From Camelus ferus (lineage: Eukaryota), in the NCBI RefSeq assembly GCF_009834535.1, contig NC_045705.1, positions 19,406,001 to 19,470,000 of the forward strand: DNA of 64,000 bases, written 5' to 3'. Each line of letters opens with the position of its first letter. The first letter of the stretch is position 1. A model generated the notes under the pieces. It was given only the letters and a program-made list of their open reading frames with translations, made no database searches and had not been told where the DNA came from. Positions 48,200-59,824 of this stretch are shown piece after piece. Made by a program: the position numbers and the translations under genes.

Positions 48200-48660
48200 G
48201 TTAATTACAGAAACTTGAGATTCTTATCAACAAATAAGTAGAAAGAAGAGAAGAACGGTACTCATCGTCCCGCTGAAAGATAACTGATGTGAGCATTTGG
48301 AGACACTTCTTTGCAATTTTTTTTTCTATTCGCGACTTTTTTTTTTAACATAGTATGATTGTACAATACATACAGCTTTTCCCTACTCTTTTCTAGTTAA
48401 CATTATACTGTAAACATGTTACTGAAAACTTTTAATAAATGTAATTTTAATAACTGTATAACATTTTGTTGTGAAGTTTATCTGACCACTTCCATATATT
48501 GGAGACTTAGCTGTTCCTGATTTTCTGTAATTATAAATAAATCATATATTGATAAGTATCTATGAGTATGAATTTTTTAATGAAGATTATTTCCTTAGAT
48601 CAGGGCCTTGGAATTGGAATTTACCAGGTAAACATTTTATAACTCTTAATTCATAATGCA
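48200..48660 (-). mobile_element. L1ME-like fragment
   Basis: ccacttccatatattggagacttagctgttcc...gattatttccttagat. Confidence 0.65.
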
Positions 48661-48859
48661 AAGTAGAAATTATTATGTTGGGAAAGGGGGTGGACTTAAT
48701 GGCTACTCTATGTTCCTAAGGCTTTTCTTTTCCCTGTATTGATGGACCAATCTAGGCACTACAAGATTGAGACTTGCTAGATGTTGGTTTTTCAATATCA
48801 AACATTTGAGATAGTGTATGAAATATTCTCACTCTTCAAAAGGGTGGTATTTGCAAATA

Positions 48860-49270
48860 ATATTAGAACCCTAAATCAAACATGCTTAAGCAAAAAAAAT
48901 TTTTATTGAGTTATCTAATTAAATTCCAGAGATAATATGCATTCAGGAATGGTTGGATCTAGGGCCTTGTGTTTCTTCTCCCTATCCTTTGGCTTTGTTT
49001 TATTCGCTGCTGGCTTAATTCTTAGGCAAGTTCTCCCTTTTTGCTCATATGATCGTGTCAGAAGCTCCATTTTCACTCTCTCTTCCCAGTAACTCCAGTG
49101 GGAAAAACTTACCTCTTTCCCATGAATTCCAGCAAAATTCCAGGATTGAGACTTTTTGGCTTTGATTGGCCTAAATTGACTCATGTGACTTGGTCAGGGG
49201 GATATTATCCTCTGTTCAGTCTGGCCCGGCTTCCATGCTTCTCTCTAGGGCTGGACAGAGAGTCATCTCC
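48860..49270 (-). mobile_element. MLT1(K/L)-like LTR
   Basis: aaacatgcttaagcaaaaa...cattcaggaatggttggatctagggc...tgattggcctaaattgactcatgtgac. Confidence 0.65.
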
Positions 49271-50879
49271 ACCTAAACCAAACTTGACTGAGCGTGGGAC
49301 AGATAGTCATGCAAGAGTGAATGAAGAGGGTGTTGCCCGAATGCGCAGCATGGATGCCAGCCAAGCAGGAACAACAAGTATCCACTGAAAAGCACTTTTT
49401 TTAGGGTGCACCCTAGTTCCTCTAGGATATGAGCCTTAAACAAGGTATTGCCTTGATAAAGAGAGGTACTGAATAAATNNNNNNNNNNNNNNNNNNNNNN
49501 NNNNNNNNNNNNNNNNNNNNNNNNNNNNNNNNNNNNNNNNNNNNNNNNNNNNNNNNNNNNNNNNNNNNNNNNNNNNNNNNNNNNNNNNNNNNNNNNNNNN
49601 NNNNNNNNNNNNNNNNNNNNNNNNNNNNNNNNNNNNNNNNNNNNNNNNNNNNNNNNNNNNNNNNNNNNNNNNNNNNNNNNNNNNNNNNNNNNNNNNNNNN
49701 NNNNNNNNNNNNNNNNNNNNNNNNNNNNNNNNNNNNNNNNNNNNNNNNNNNNNNNNGACACTCTACAGAAAGCACACAATCATTAGCACCAGGTAAACAA
49801 GCCACCATGAAAACTATTTCTAGGAAACCAAACCTGTTTGTTCACTTACTCATTTAACATCTACTCATTTTAGCACCTACCATGTATCAAGTCAGCATTT
49901 ATTCAGCTGCTCATGTTCTAGGTGCTGGAGATACAGTGATGAGTCCCATTCAGTCCTGCCTTGTGGTTTAACCTTTTCAAGGCTCTGATGAATTGCCTGA
50001 GATGTCTCCCAAGCACCCTGGCTGTCCGGAGGCCTCACGTCTTTTATTTACAATGGGAATGGCTCATTGCAGCTCTGGCTCGCTGGTCTATAATTTGCTC
50101 AGGCACTTGAGCTTACTAGGGAGAAAAAAAAAACAAACCAAAATACCACGGCTTCCTCACTAGCCTTGATTTGGCTGTTATGTTTGCACTGGAGATTGTC
50201 TGAAAGGAGCATTCAGCTTAAATGCAGCAGAAATGTAAAATAGCGCATGTGAAAGAAAAGAGGTAAGAATTGCCAATAAATCCCTTCAAATGAAGAGAGC
50301 TTCCCATGTGGCCTTTGAAGGTATTTGCGTGTGCTAACTCCCACACTGGGATCTTTGCTCTTATCTGTTCCCATGTTGAGCTCTCTCTAAATGGAGAGTC
50401 ATCATTTGTACTTCTACCTGAATAACAGTCATTTATAATTTTACTTGAATATCTCAACAAATATGTGTTAGGAACATCTCCCTAGAGCAATATATCATGG
50501 AACCTTGTGTCCAAAGGCTATATTGAAACTAGCGAATGAGTGTTCATTCATTCAACAAATATTGGTTGAGCCACATGCCACTCACTGTTCTGAGAACATT
50601 CCTGAGTCCAACAAAGACACAGAGGTCACTGCCTCCAAATCTGGATGCCCAGCCTCCAAATTTGAGGAAGAGTCAGCAAAGCAAAGAGGGCAAACACTGT
50701 TGATGTGGAGTCAGAAGTCTTGAGTCAGAAACCCGTCACTGACACACCAGCTGTGGGACCCTGGGATGGTGGGCTCGCCTTCTGGCTCCGTTTAACAGAT
50801 TTTGTAATCTGAGAGAGTCAGGGAAGGGACAGAGGAGGCCACAGTGAGAGGAAGTGAGGAGCTCAGACGACGAAATGTG

Positions 50880-51060
50880 AGGCAAGCAATCAATTCCCAG
50901 GTCCCTACTTCCTAGCTCTGTGACTTGGGTGAGTTTCCTGTCTCCAGTCTTAGTCTTCCCGTCTGTGAAATGGGATTAGTAGGAGGTCTACGCACAGGAT
51001 TGTAGTGAGAAACACCCGAGACACTGCACTTAGAGCCCTTAGCCTAGGGCCTGGCATGTG
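50880..51060 (+). mobile_element. MIR
   Basis: cctagctctgtgacttggg...cttcccgtctgtgaaatgggattag...caggattgtagtgag. Confidence 0.75.
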
Positions 51061-51169
51061 ACGAGGCCTCATTAAATATGAGCCGCTACTCCTACCACTC
51101 TGGCTACTATTACAATGACTGCTTTTGTTGTTACCCTGGTGGACAACTTTAATTATTGCAGTCGGTGCT

Positions 51170-51430
51170 GAATTCATTCATCCACTTAACGTATATTCAG
51201 TGAAGCCTGCTCTGCACCAGCACAGTCCAGTGGTGGGGAGAGAGCTGTGAACCAACGGAAGAGTTCTTGCCAACGGGAGGCTTAAATCCCAGTGGAGAGA
51301 GACAGATAATACGTTAGTAAATAATCAAACAAATACATAAGTAGTGTAAGTCCAGAGGGTGACATGTGCTCTGCAGGAAATAAAACGGGAAGATGTAACA
51401 AAGCGGCTGAAGGCAGGGGCGTCTTGCCTA
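51170..51430 (-). mobile_element. L2 3' end
   Basis: attcattcatccacttaacgtatattcagtg...ggagagagacagataata. Confidence 0.7.
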
Positions 51431-51939
51431 GGGTGTGAACGCTGAGAAGACATAAGTCTAAGGGTTCTGGCTGATGCCTAAATCTCACATATTCTAATTG
51501 CATTTGCAACAAGTAATAAGCAAACATCCCTTTCGAGAATGCAGATTGGGGTTCAAGAAAGAGGGCTCAGGTCAAACTCCGATTGACCTGTAATATATTC
51601 AGAGAGGAATCCAATGTTAATACTTCTCTCTGTCTCTCTCTGTTTCTTTGTCTTTCTCTTTCTTACTCACATACACATACATTTCTGAGATTTTAGGATT
51701 CATTTTTAAAGTTACTCCAGGTCTTAGATTAGGGAGTAAGCCAGGCTAACCTGAGCAGAGTCTGCAGCTTTACTTCTGTATAGAATTATTCTCTGGACCC
51801 TCTCTTAGATCATCTTCTTTGGCCTAAAGCACAGAGGGGCTGTTGGTGGCTGTTCCGGGGCCCTGCCACATCCTGGACACTGGCCTTCTTATCCTGGCAG
51901 AGCACCCCTCACCCCCCAGACTCATCTCTCCTCCCTTCC

Positions 51940-52300
51940 CCATGCTATCCTAATTCTAAATGACTCGCCCTTTCCCGGTCATTCCCAGCTCCCTCTCCTC
52001 TTGGGGCCTTTCAACCTTTGGCTCCCTCTGCCTGGACCTCCTCCCTCCTCTCTGAGGTCCCATCTTTTCCTGCCGGCTAATTTCCTACTCTTCCTTCAAG
52101 ACTCACAGCAGGTAGCCATTGTTCTGTGATGTTTTCTCCCTCCCAAATTCCTTTCATCTCCCACCAAACTAGGTTCAGAACCTCTTCTATCTGCCCCTGT
52201 GATCTTACTGGATGACAGCTATTAATTTAGACGCCATTCTCTCTCAGTTGACAGTGAGCTCCAAGAGGGCAGGTCCTTGCGCTGTTTATGCCTGTGTCCA
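51940..52300 (+). mobile_element. L2 3' region
   Basis: ggctccctctgcctggacctcc...tactcttccttcaagactca...gtgagctccaagagggcagg. Confidence 0.7.
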
Positions 52301-52311
52301 CCTGACATCCA

Positions 52312-52508
52312 CGGCACTGTCCCACTGAACCTTCCACAACGATGAAAATGTTCTACGTCTGCACCATACAACACAGTAGCCGCAAGTGGCTTTTGAGCAC
52401 CTGAAATGTGGCCAGTGCAACCGAGGAAGTGAACTTTAAACTTTAATTTTAATAAAATTGAAATACCCACACGTGGCTGGTGGCTGCCATATTACAGGCC
52501 AGTGCAGA
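52312..52508. mobile_element. MER3-like hAT-Charlie
   Basis: gcactgtcccactgaaccttccacaacgatgaaaatgttct...gagcacctgaaatgtggccagtgc...acgtggctggtggctgcc. Confidence 0.8.
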
Positions 52509-52729
52509 CTAGTGAGCTATGTAGCACGTATTAGGTGGGAATAAATGACTCTTGAAGGAGCATATCATTGCCGAGCTTTCTATTTTTTATATAATGGTAA
52601 GTTTTTGAAAGATCTATTAGTGCCTTATATTTTTAGTAAAGTTGATCCCTCTAACCCATTAATATTTTCCTCTCAATTTATTCACTTGGCCCAAAAAACA
52701 ACTTTGATTGATTGATTCATTACCCTACT

Positions 52730-52980
52730 ATGGCTAAGCTTTTAGACTCTGGGCTCAAACAAAACCTAAGTCTGATCTATGTTCACCATTTACTAGCACA
52801 GCTATCCGCGTACCCAAGGCCTGATTATTTAACTTCTCCAGGACTCAGTTTCCTTATGTGCAAAATGGGAATACTAATAATGCCCAGGTCAAGGCTATTT
52901 ATAAGGATTATATAAGATAATGCATGTAGAATATTTAGCACAATGCTTGGCACAGAGCACTCAGTAAACATTAAGCCGTT
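52730..52980 (+). mobile_element. MIR (near full length)
   Basis: ggactcagtttccttatgtgcaaaatgggaatactaataatgcc...gcacaatgcttggcacagag. Confidence 0.85.
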
Positions 52981-53117
52981 CATACTGATACTTTCATTCA
53001 TGCAAATCACATTTATTAAGCACCTGCTATGTTCCAGATGCTATACTAAGGGATGGAGATAAAAAGTTTTCAAGCCAATGAGAATGGAAACATGAATACA
53101 AGAAAAATTGTTGCTTA

Positions 53118-53585
53118 TATAAAAAAGAATAAAATATTGCCATTTGCAGCAACATGGGTGGACCTAGAGATCATCATTCTAAGTGATGTAAGCCAGAGAG
53201 AGAAAAATACCATGTGATATCACTCTTATGTAGAATCTTAAAAAAGAAAAAAAGAGGACACTAATGAACTCATCTACAAAATAGAAACAGACTCCAGGAC
53301 ATAGTAAACAATCTTATGGTTACTGAGGGGAAGAGGGTGGGAGGGGATAAATTTGGGAGTTTGAGATTTACAAATGTTAGCCACTATATATAAAAATAAA
53401 TTTTAAAAAAGTTTATTCTGTATAGCACAGGGAACTATGCTCAATATCTTGTAATAACCTTTAATGAAAAAGAATATGAAAATGAATATATGTATGTATA
53501 TGCATGACTGGGACATTGTGCTGTACACCAGAAATTGACATATTATAACTGATGGTACTTCAATTTAAAAAAAAAAACAAATGGA
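53118..53585 (+). mobile_element. Lineage-specific L1, 5'-truncated, with A-tail
   Basis: gccatttgcagcaacatgggtggacctagagat...tgtatagcacagggaactat...; 18-bp TSD aagaaaaattgt(t/g)gctta at 53100-53117 and 53586-53603. Confidence 0.9.
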
Positions 53586-54649
53586 AAGAAAAATTGTGGC
53601 TTAGAAAGGACATGTTATCACAATATATGCATCAACACCTCATGTTTTAAACCAAATAATCATACTGAAGTATTTTGTTTTCAAAGGGATAAATTAATCC
53701 CAAATCATTTTTTCAAACCTAGAGGCCTAGAATTTGCACATACACCACTAAGCCCTCAGTACATGCTTGTAATTTATGCTCAATCTAGATCAACATTCTT
53801 TTTCATCATGAGGTAATGAATTTGTGTGTGATATTAAGCTTTTACATTGTGAAATCCAGCTCAAAAAGGAAGATTTTTCTGCTCCCCAGAGAACTGAGTT
53901 TTCTGACTCTGATTTATCCTTTATGCATCTCATCCATTATTGATATGTTACAGCTTTTACACAAGGCACCGACCTTTTGATATAAAAACAAAACTACATC
54001 ATCCTGATCTCTTTCTTGTTGATACTGTCTTTAGGGTACAAGAGATTCTCGCCTTCTGTGGAATTCGCTTTGAAGCTTCCTCTCTTTGAAAACAAACAGC
54101 AGGAAGGCCCCCCACAACCCAGGCTTTCCTATTTTGTGGAAAAACTGCATGCATGTGTCTAAGTTTAAATTCTGAAGTGCAAATGTCATGTAATGAAAGT
54201 ATCTGCAGTTACTTAAACGTGGTTAAATATGGAAACTGTGGCATAAAGTCGATGTTTATTTGCAGCCGGTGACAGTGATAAGGGCAGGAGCCGTCCCGGT
54301 AAGTGGCTTTCAGCCGCTATTAATCGGCTGATGGACGGATTGGTGCGAGGCTGGTCACAAGGAAGCACCTCATCCTCTGTAATGGAACGCGTTCATCTGT
54401 CTAGTGGAGGGTGAGAGCCAGAGACCACGTGCACTGACGATTCCATTATTCTGCCCAGAGCCACCTCTGCGGCTGGTGAGGGAGGCAAATATCAGGAGAC
54501 TCTGACCCGCATCAGAGTGGAAACTTAGAGACTCACAGAATGTCACGACTGGAAGAGATCCGGGCGATCATCTAATTCAACCTCTGGTTTTTTTTTTGTT
54601 TTTTTTTTTTTGATGAGGAAATTTCCATGCGAAAAATATACCAGCATTT

Positions 54650-55070
54650 ATTAATCACTGCACATGTATTCACTCCCTCCTTAAAACCTTCCTTAATCAG
54701 ACATCAAAGTCCTGTAAGAACGGGATTCTGCCTCTCTATCTCTCGCTCATCTCATTACGTAAGCCAGGCTTACATTTCAATCGGGAAGTTCCCCCACATT
54801 GAGCTTCTTGCTTGGGCAACTCCTGTTCAAGCTTTAGCTGTCTGCTTGGACGTCACCTCCAAGCTTTCCCTGACTCCCCAGGGCTGGGCTGGGTACCCTC
54901 TCTCATCCGCTTTTTCCCTCTCCTAGCAGCTGCCTCTCTACCATATTTGTCTGTTTACTGTCCTCTCCTACTCGACTAGGAGTCCCTTAAGGAGACATTG
55001 TCTCATCCATCCGTTACTTGCAAGGTGCCCAGCACATAGTAGGTGCTGCTTAAATATCTGTTGACCAAAT
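54650..55070 (+). mobile_element. L2 3' region
   Basis: ccagcacatagtaggtgctgcttaaatatctgttga tail; gacgtcacctccaagctttccctgactcccc. Confidence 0.65.
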
Positions 55071-56095
55071 GGGATGGCTCATTATATTATATACCAAGTA
55101 CTGCAGTAGACACCAGGAATACAGACCAGAGTAAGGCACAGTCTCTGTTTTGGAAGAAATCAGGTTAATTCATTCAATCCATTCATGGCTTTTCCTGCAT
55201 ATGACATTTTACCAGTATGCCAAGTTTGAGCAAGTCACATTTCTCAGTTTTGGAAAAAGTGTAGAGAGACAATTGAAAGTCCCAAATTTTCAAGCACTGC
55301 TTACGAATGCCACCACCATTACAAATCAGATGTATGGAACCTCAAATAATTTGACCCCAATTTAGCAGTCCCCTCATAAGTGACAAGAAGCAAGCTCATA
55401 AATGTTGTTCAAAAGAACCACTGCCAAGGTAATGCCAGAGCTAGTCATTATTTCCTCTCCTACCTGCTCAGGTAACATGCAGGAATGAGAAATAAGAGAC
55501 CTGTAGGATGTTAGGGCTTGATGGGGATCTGCAATCACCCAGTCCACCCTCCTTCTCTTACAGAAGAGGAAACAGCAGACCAAGGAGAAGGGATTGGCTC
55601 AAGGTCGAGGAGCAAGTTACTGCTCACCTTGGGCCTTGGAGCTCCCCTGGCTGTGTTCCTTCTCTGATGAGCTACCACTGAGAACCGTGTCCCCTATCGC
55701 CCCACCCCAAATTACTCATCTTCAGACACACATCCGGTTGTGGCTGTGGACATCCCCTCTGCTGGGAAGCAGTACCCTAATTTTTATTTGGAAACCTACC
55801 CCTCCCACTCGCGGGGGAGATCACCCCACTCCAGCTTCGGGTGTGCACCTGGCGTGAGAAATCAGCACCGTCCTCACAGCACCCTGGTTTTCAGTCTCAG
55901 TTGAACATCAAAGGTAATCCTCACTGATTCAGACTTAACAGAGATGGTCCTTTTCAGCTGAGCTCTGTCTAGTTAGGCAGAGCTTGGGCTAAGAGCTCCC
56001 TGAACTCCTCTATCATCAGGGATTTCTGAAATGGAGAGGAGGGCAGGATCTATGAACATAGGCCTCTCTTGGAATACAGGAGTGAATTAGAAGTG

Positions 56096-56261
56096 GTGGG
56101 GGAGGGCATAGGTCGGTGGTAGAGCTGCATGATTAGCATGCACGAGGTCCTGGGTTTAATCCCCAGTACCTCCATTTAAAAAAAAATAGTTAATTAAATA
56201 AATAAAATAAAACCTCATTACCTCTCCCTCCCCCCAGTTTTTTTTTTAATTAAAAAAAAGG
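56096..56261 (+). mobile_element. tRNA-Ala-derived camelid (vic-1-type) SINE
   Basis: ggggagggcataggtcggtggtagagc...ttagcatgcacgaggtcctgggtttaatccccagtacctcc plus A-rich tail; TSD agaagtg 56089-56095/56262-56268. Confidence 0.8.
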
Positions 56262-56629
56262 AGAAGTGACGACAAGGCCCTTTAGCAACTGCCAAAAGAT
56301 CATTTCCATCAAAGACAGAAATAGCAAAGTCAGGCAGAGACTCTTTCCAAACATCAATACCAGAACCCTCACTCCTTTTCACTTGTGGTCCAGGGAAGTC
56401 CATTTACTGCCATGTTTCAGCCAGTACGGTGCCTTGTTCTATTTGTGTTTGCAAGTAATCTGCAGTTCCCACCCCTAGTCAATCAGCTATTTAATTCAGC
56501 AATTAATTTATTAATTAATCCAGGCAGTTTATTAGTTCATGGTGCCTGGCGCCATGTGAAGATGTCGAAAGCTGCTGATAATCCTCCCATGGCTATTTGG
56601 AAGTAGACACTGACTACCACACATTTTTG

Positions 56630-56790
56630 TCGAGCAATTTATTTTATTAGTTCAGGAAACTTTCATCGAGCACCTACTGTATTCCAGGCCTTGGATGAAG
56701 GGATGCATAAATGAGTGAGATATACTCCTGGTCCTGAGGGGGTCACATTGTCTAGTGGGGGAGTCAGACAGGTAAAAAGAGATACTGACC
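56630..56790 (-). mobile_element. L2 3' end
   Basis: gagcacctactgtattccaggcc...gtcacattgtctagtgggggagtcagac. Confidence 0.65.
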
Positions 56791-57278
56791 TTTCATCATG
56801 ACCTTCCTGAAGCCAGTATTCTGTGGTCAAACCCAGTGAAGAATCTTCCCTGTCTGGGCAGCTCTGGCTTCAGCTTAGGCTGCATTTATTTAATTTTTAA
56901 GTGTACAAGAAATTTGGGAAAATTGTTTTGAAAAAGAAAAGTCCTGCTTGATGTTGAGTGCTGAGGACCATTTCTGCTATTTCTTGCTAATAAGAGACAA
57001 TTCCAGGCACACAGTGTGTATTTTTAAAAACAAGACTGAATAGTAGATTGGAGCTCCTTTCAGTAGAGCTGCAGTGATGCTAACGAAAGAGAATCCTCCT
57101 GGCCAACCTGGGAAGCAGACGATGCAGGGCCTGGTAGGAGACACATCACCACAAATAAGAACTATCCCAACTCCTGACAAAAATACAGTGAACAACGAGG
57201 GTTCTCTGGGAGAGCTGGTGGGTGGTTGGTAACAACATAATAAGAAAAAATATGTTTAAAAGTTCCTAGTGACTCTAG

Positions 57279-58400
57279 GTCACTAGGAGGTACAAACTTC
57301 CGGTTATAAATAAGTCCTGGGGATGTCCTGTACAGCATGGTGACTATAGTTAATAACACTGTTTCATATATTTGAAAATTGCTGAGAGTAGTTTTTTCCC
57401 TTTTTTATGTATGTATATTTTTAAATTGAAGTGTAGTCAGTTTACAATGCTGTGTCAAGTTCTGGTGTACAGCATAATGTTTCAGTCATATGTGAATATA
57501 CATATATTTGTTTTCATGTTCTTTTTCCATAGGTTACTACAAGATATTGAATATAGTTCCCTGTGCTCTATAGTATGACCTTGTTGTTTATCTATTATAT
57601 ATATATTAGTTAGTATCTGCAAATCTCGAATTCCCAATTTATCCCTTCCCATCCTCTCACCTCCCAGTAACCATAAGCTTGTTTTCTACATCTGTGAGTC
57701 TATTTCTGTTTTGTAAATAAGTTCGTTTGTCTTTGTTTTTTTAGATTACACATGTAAGTGATATCATATGGTATTTTTCTTTCTCTTTGTGGTTTACTTN
57801 NNNNNNNNNNNNNNNNNNNNNNNNNNNNNNNNNNNNNNNNNNNNNNNNNNNNNNNNNNNNNNNNNNNNNNNNNNNNNNNNNNNNNNNNNNNNNNNNNNNN
57901 NNNNNNNNNNNNNNNNNNNNNNNNNNNNNNNNNNNNNNNNNNNNNNNNNNNNNNNNNNNNNNNNNNNNNNNNNNNNNNNNNNNNNNNNNNNNNNNNNNNT
58001 TTTGAATTAAGGTTNNNNNNNNNNNNNNNNNNNNNNNNNNNNNNNNNNNNNNNNNNNNNNNNNNNNNNNNNNNNNNNNNNNNNNNNNNNNNNNNNNNNNN
58101 NNNNNNNNNNNNNNNNNNNNNNNNNNNNNNNNNNNNNNNNNNNNNNNNNNNNNNNNNNNNNNNNNNNNNNNNNNNNNNNNNNTTTGTGGACTTTCTAATG
58201 ATGGAAGAGAGTAGATCTTAAGTGTTCTCATCACAGGGAAAAAAATTCTAAATATGGATGGTGATGGATGTAAGCTAGACTTATGTAGTGATCATTTCCC
58301 TATATATATATGTATATACATATATTGAATTATTCTGTTGTATGCCTGAAAATAATATAAAGTCATAGGTCAATTATATCTCAATAAAAAAATTTTAAAA
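57279..58400 (+). mobile_element. L1MA9-like 3' end, split by a younger antisense L1
   Basis: ggtacaaacttccggttata...gtacagcatggtgactatagttaataac...gctgagagtag | gagagtagatcttaagtgttctcatcac...caattatatctcaataaaa. Confidence 0.8.
57392..58206 (-). mobile_element. Younger L1 3' end nested in L1MA9
   Basis: T-rich start then L1 3'UTR (tacaagatattgaatatagttccctgtgct); TSD gagagtag 57384-57391/58207-58214; contains two gaps. Confidence 0.85.
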
Positions 58401-58439
58401 GACACTTATAGTGATGCTATTTGGCCACTTTAAAAAAAG

Positions 58440-58620
58440 CTACCATCTATTAAAAGCCCACTGTGTGTTAGGTGTTTTCTATGTCAATTACTTCATTTAA
58501 TGCTCATTAAATGTCTTGTGAGGTAGGTGTGGTTGTCTGCTTCACAGCTTGGAAAATGTACGTTATGAATCGAGCTCAAGGGCGGGCAGTGAGGAAGTGT
58601 GCAGCAGCTCTGAGTGGACT
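58440..58620 (-). mobile_element. MIR
   Basis: cttcatttaatgctca...ttgtgaggtaggtgtgg. Confidence 0.55.
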
Positions 58621-58709
58621 GGCCCAATGATGCTGTGTCACAGGCAGAAGTGAGGTCAGCTGCCAAACCTTAGGGTACGTGTCATAGGGATTTTATGTGT
58701 TCACAGATT

Positions 58710-58920
58710 TGTTTTTATTGTGAAACATATCATATGTAAAAATATATATTACATATGCATGTTAAAGAGTAATGATAAAACACTCTCATATATTTACCAC
58801 CAAGCTTATGAAACAGAACGTAGTTACCATTTTGTTGAAGGTCTCTTGTTCCTTTTTCCTTTATCACCTATATATGTATATATTACTTACTTTTGCCTGT
58901 TTTTACATAATGGAATGATG
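58710..58920 (-). mobile_element. L1ME-like 3' end
   Basis: tttttattgtgaaacatatcata...taccaccaagcttatgaaacagaac. Confidence 0.6.
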
Positions 58921-58929
58921 CACTTTCCT

Positions 58930-59210
58930 GACCTACAGACCACCCTGCTGGATGAACCTCTCTTCTCCCCATCTGGTATCCCACCCCTCCAGGTAGCATG
59001 GCCCACTCCTTCCTCTACGCCTGCACTGTTCTGCGTGCACATGCATATTATGGTGCCTGCAAACTCTGATGCAGTTAGTCATATCAAATCTGCTTCCCCA
59101 GATTGTGAGCTCCTTGAGGCCAGGAACTATTGATAATTGATCCCTACATCTCTGTGCCTGACACCAGGCCTAGATCCTTATAGATCTCTCAATGAAGGCC
59201 GATGGTAGAG
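58930..59210 (+). mobile_element. L2 3' end
   Basis: gattgtgagctccttgaggccaggaact...gtgcctgacaccagg. Confidence 0.65.
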
Positions 59211-59241
59211 TAAATGCATAAATAATTGTGTGCTTGGGGTC

Positions 59242-59411
59242 GGGGGTGGTAGGGTATAGCTCAAGTGGTAGAGCACGTGCTAAGCATGCACGAGGTCCTG
59301 GGCTCAATCCCCAGCAGCTCTTCTAAAAATGAAGAACTAAATAAACCTAATTACCTTCCCCCTCAAACAAGAAAAATAATAAATTATAAGTAAATAATTA
59401 AAAAAAAAAAG
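59242..59411 (+). mobile_element. tRNA-Ala-derived camelid (vic-1-type) SINE
   Basis: gggtatagctcaagtggtagagcacgtgctaagcatgcacgaggtcctgggctcaatccccagc (A and B boxes) plus A tail; TSD aattgtgtgcttggggtc/aactgtgtgctggagtc. Confidence 0.85.
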
Positions 59412-59564
59412 AACTGTGTGCTGGAGTCTGCCAGGGCAGGCAGTCAGATGGAAAGTTTAACAAGGGAAGCAACATTTGAGGTGTGCAGCAAAGTGGGAGG
59501 AAAAACATTAGGAACAGTATGGGCGAAGGTAGAGATATGAAGCGGCACAGGATGGCTGCAGAGC

Positions 59565-59824
59565 TGCTATGAACTGAATATTTGTGTGCTTCCAAAATTC
59601 ATGGGTTGAAGCCCCAATCCCCAGTGTGATGGTATTTGGAGAGGGGGCCCTTGGGAGGTATTTAGGGTTGGGTTAGGTCAATGGGATGAGGCCCTCATGA
59701 TGGAAATAATGCCCTTCTAAATAGAGGAAGAGACACGAGAGCTCTCTCTCTCTCCGAATGCACACACCCAGGGAAAGGCCATGCGAGCACACAGCCAGAA
59801 GACAGCTGTCCGCAAGCTAGGAAG
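59565..59824 (+). mobile_element. MLT1A-like LTR (3' part lost in gap)
   Basis: tgctatgaactgaatatttgtgtgcttccaaaattcat...gggaaaggccatgcgagcacacagccagaag. Confidence 0.85.

Noticed and set aside
56096-59310. tRNA-Ala-like sequences
   Set aside because: These are SINE heads with tails and TSDs and disrupted stems, not tRNA genes.
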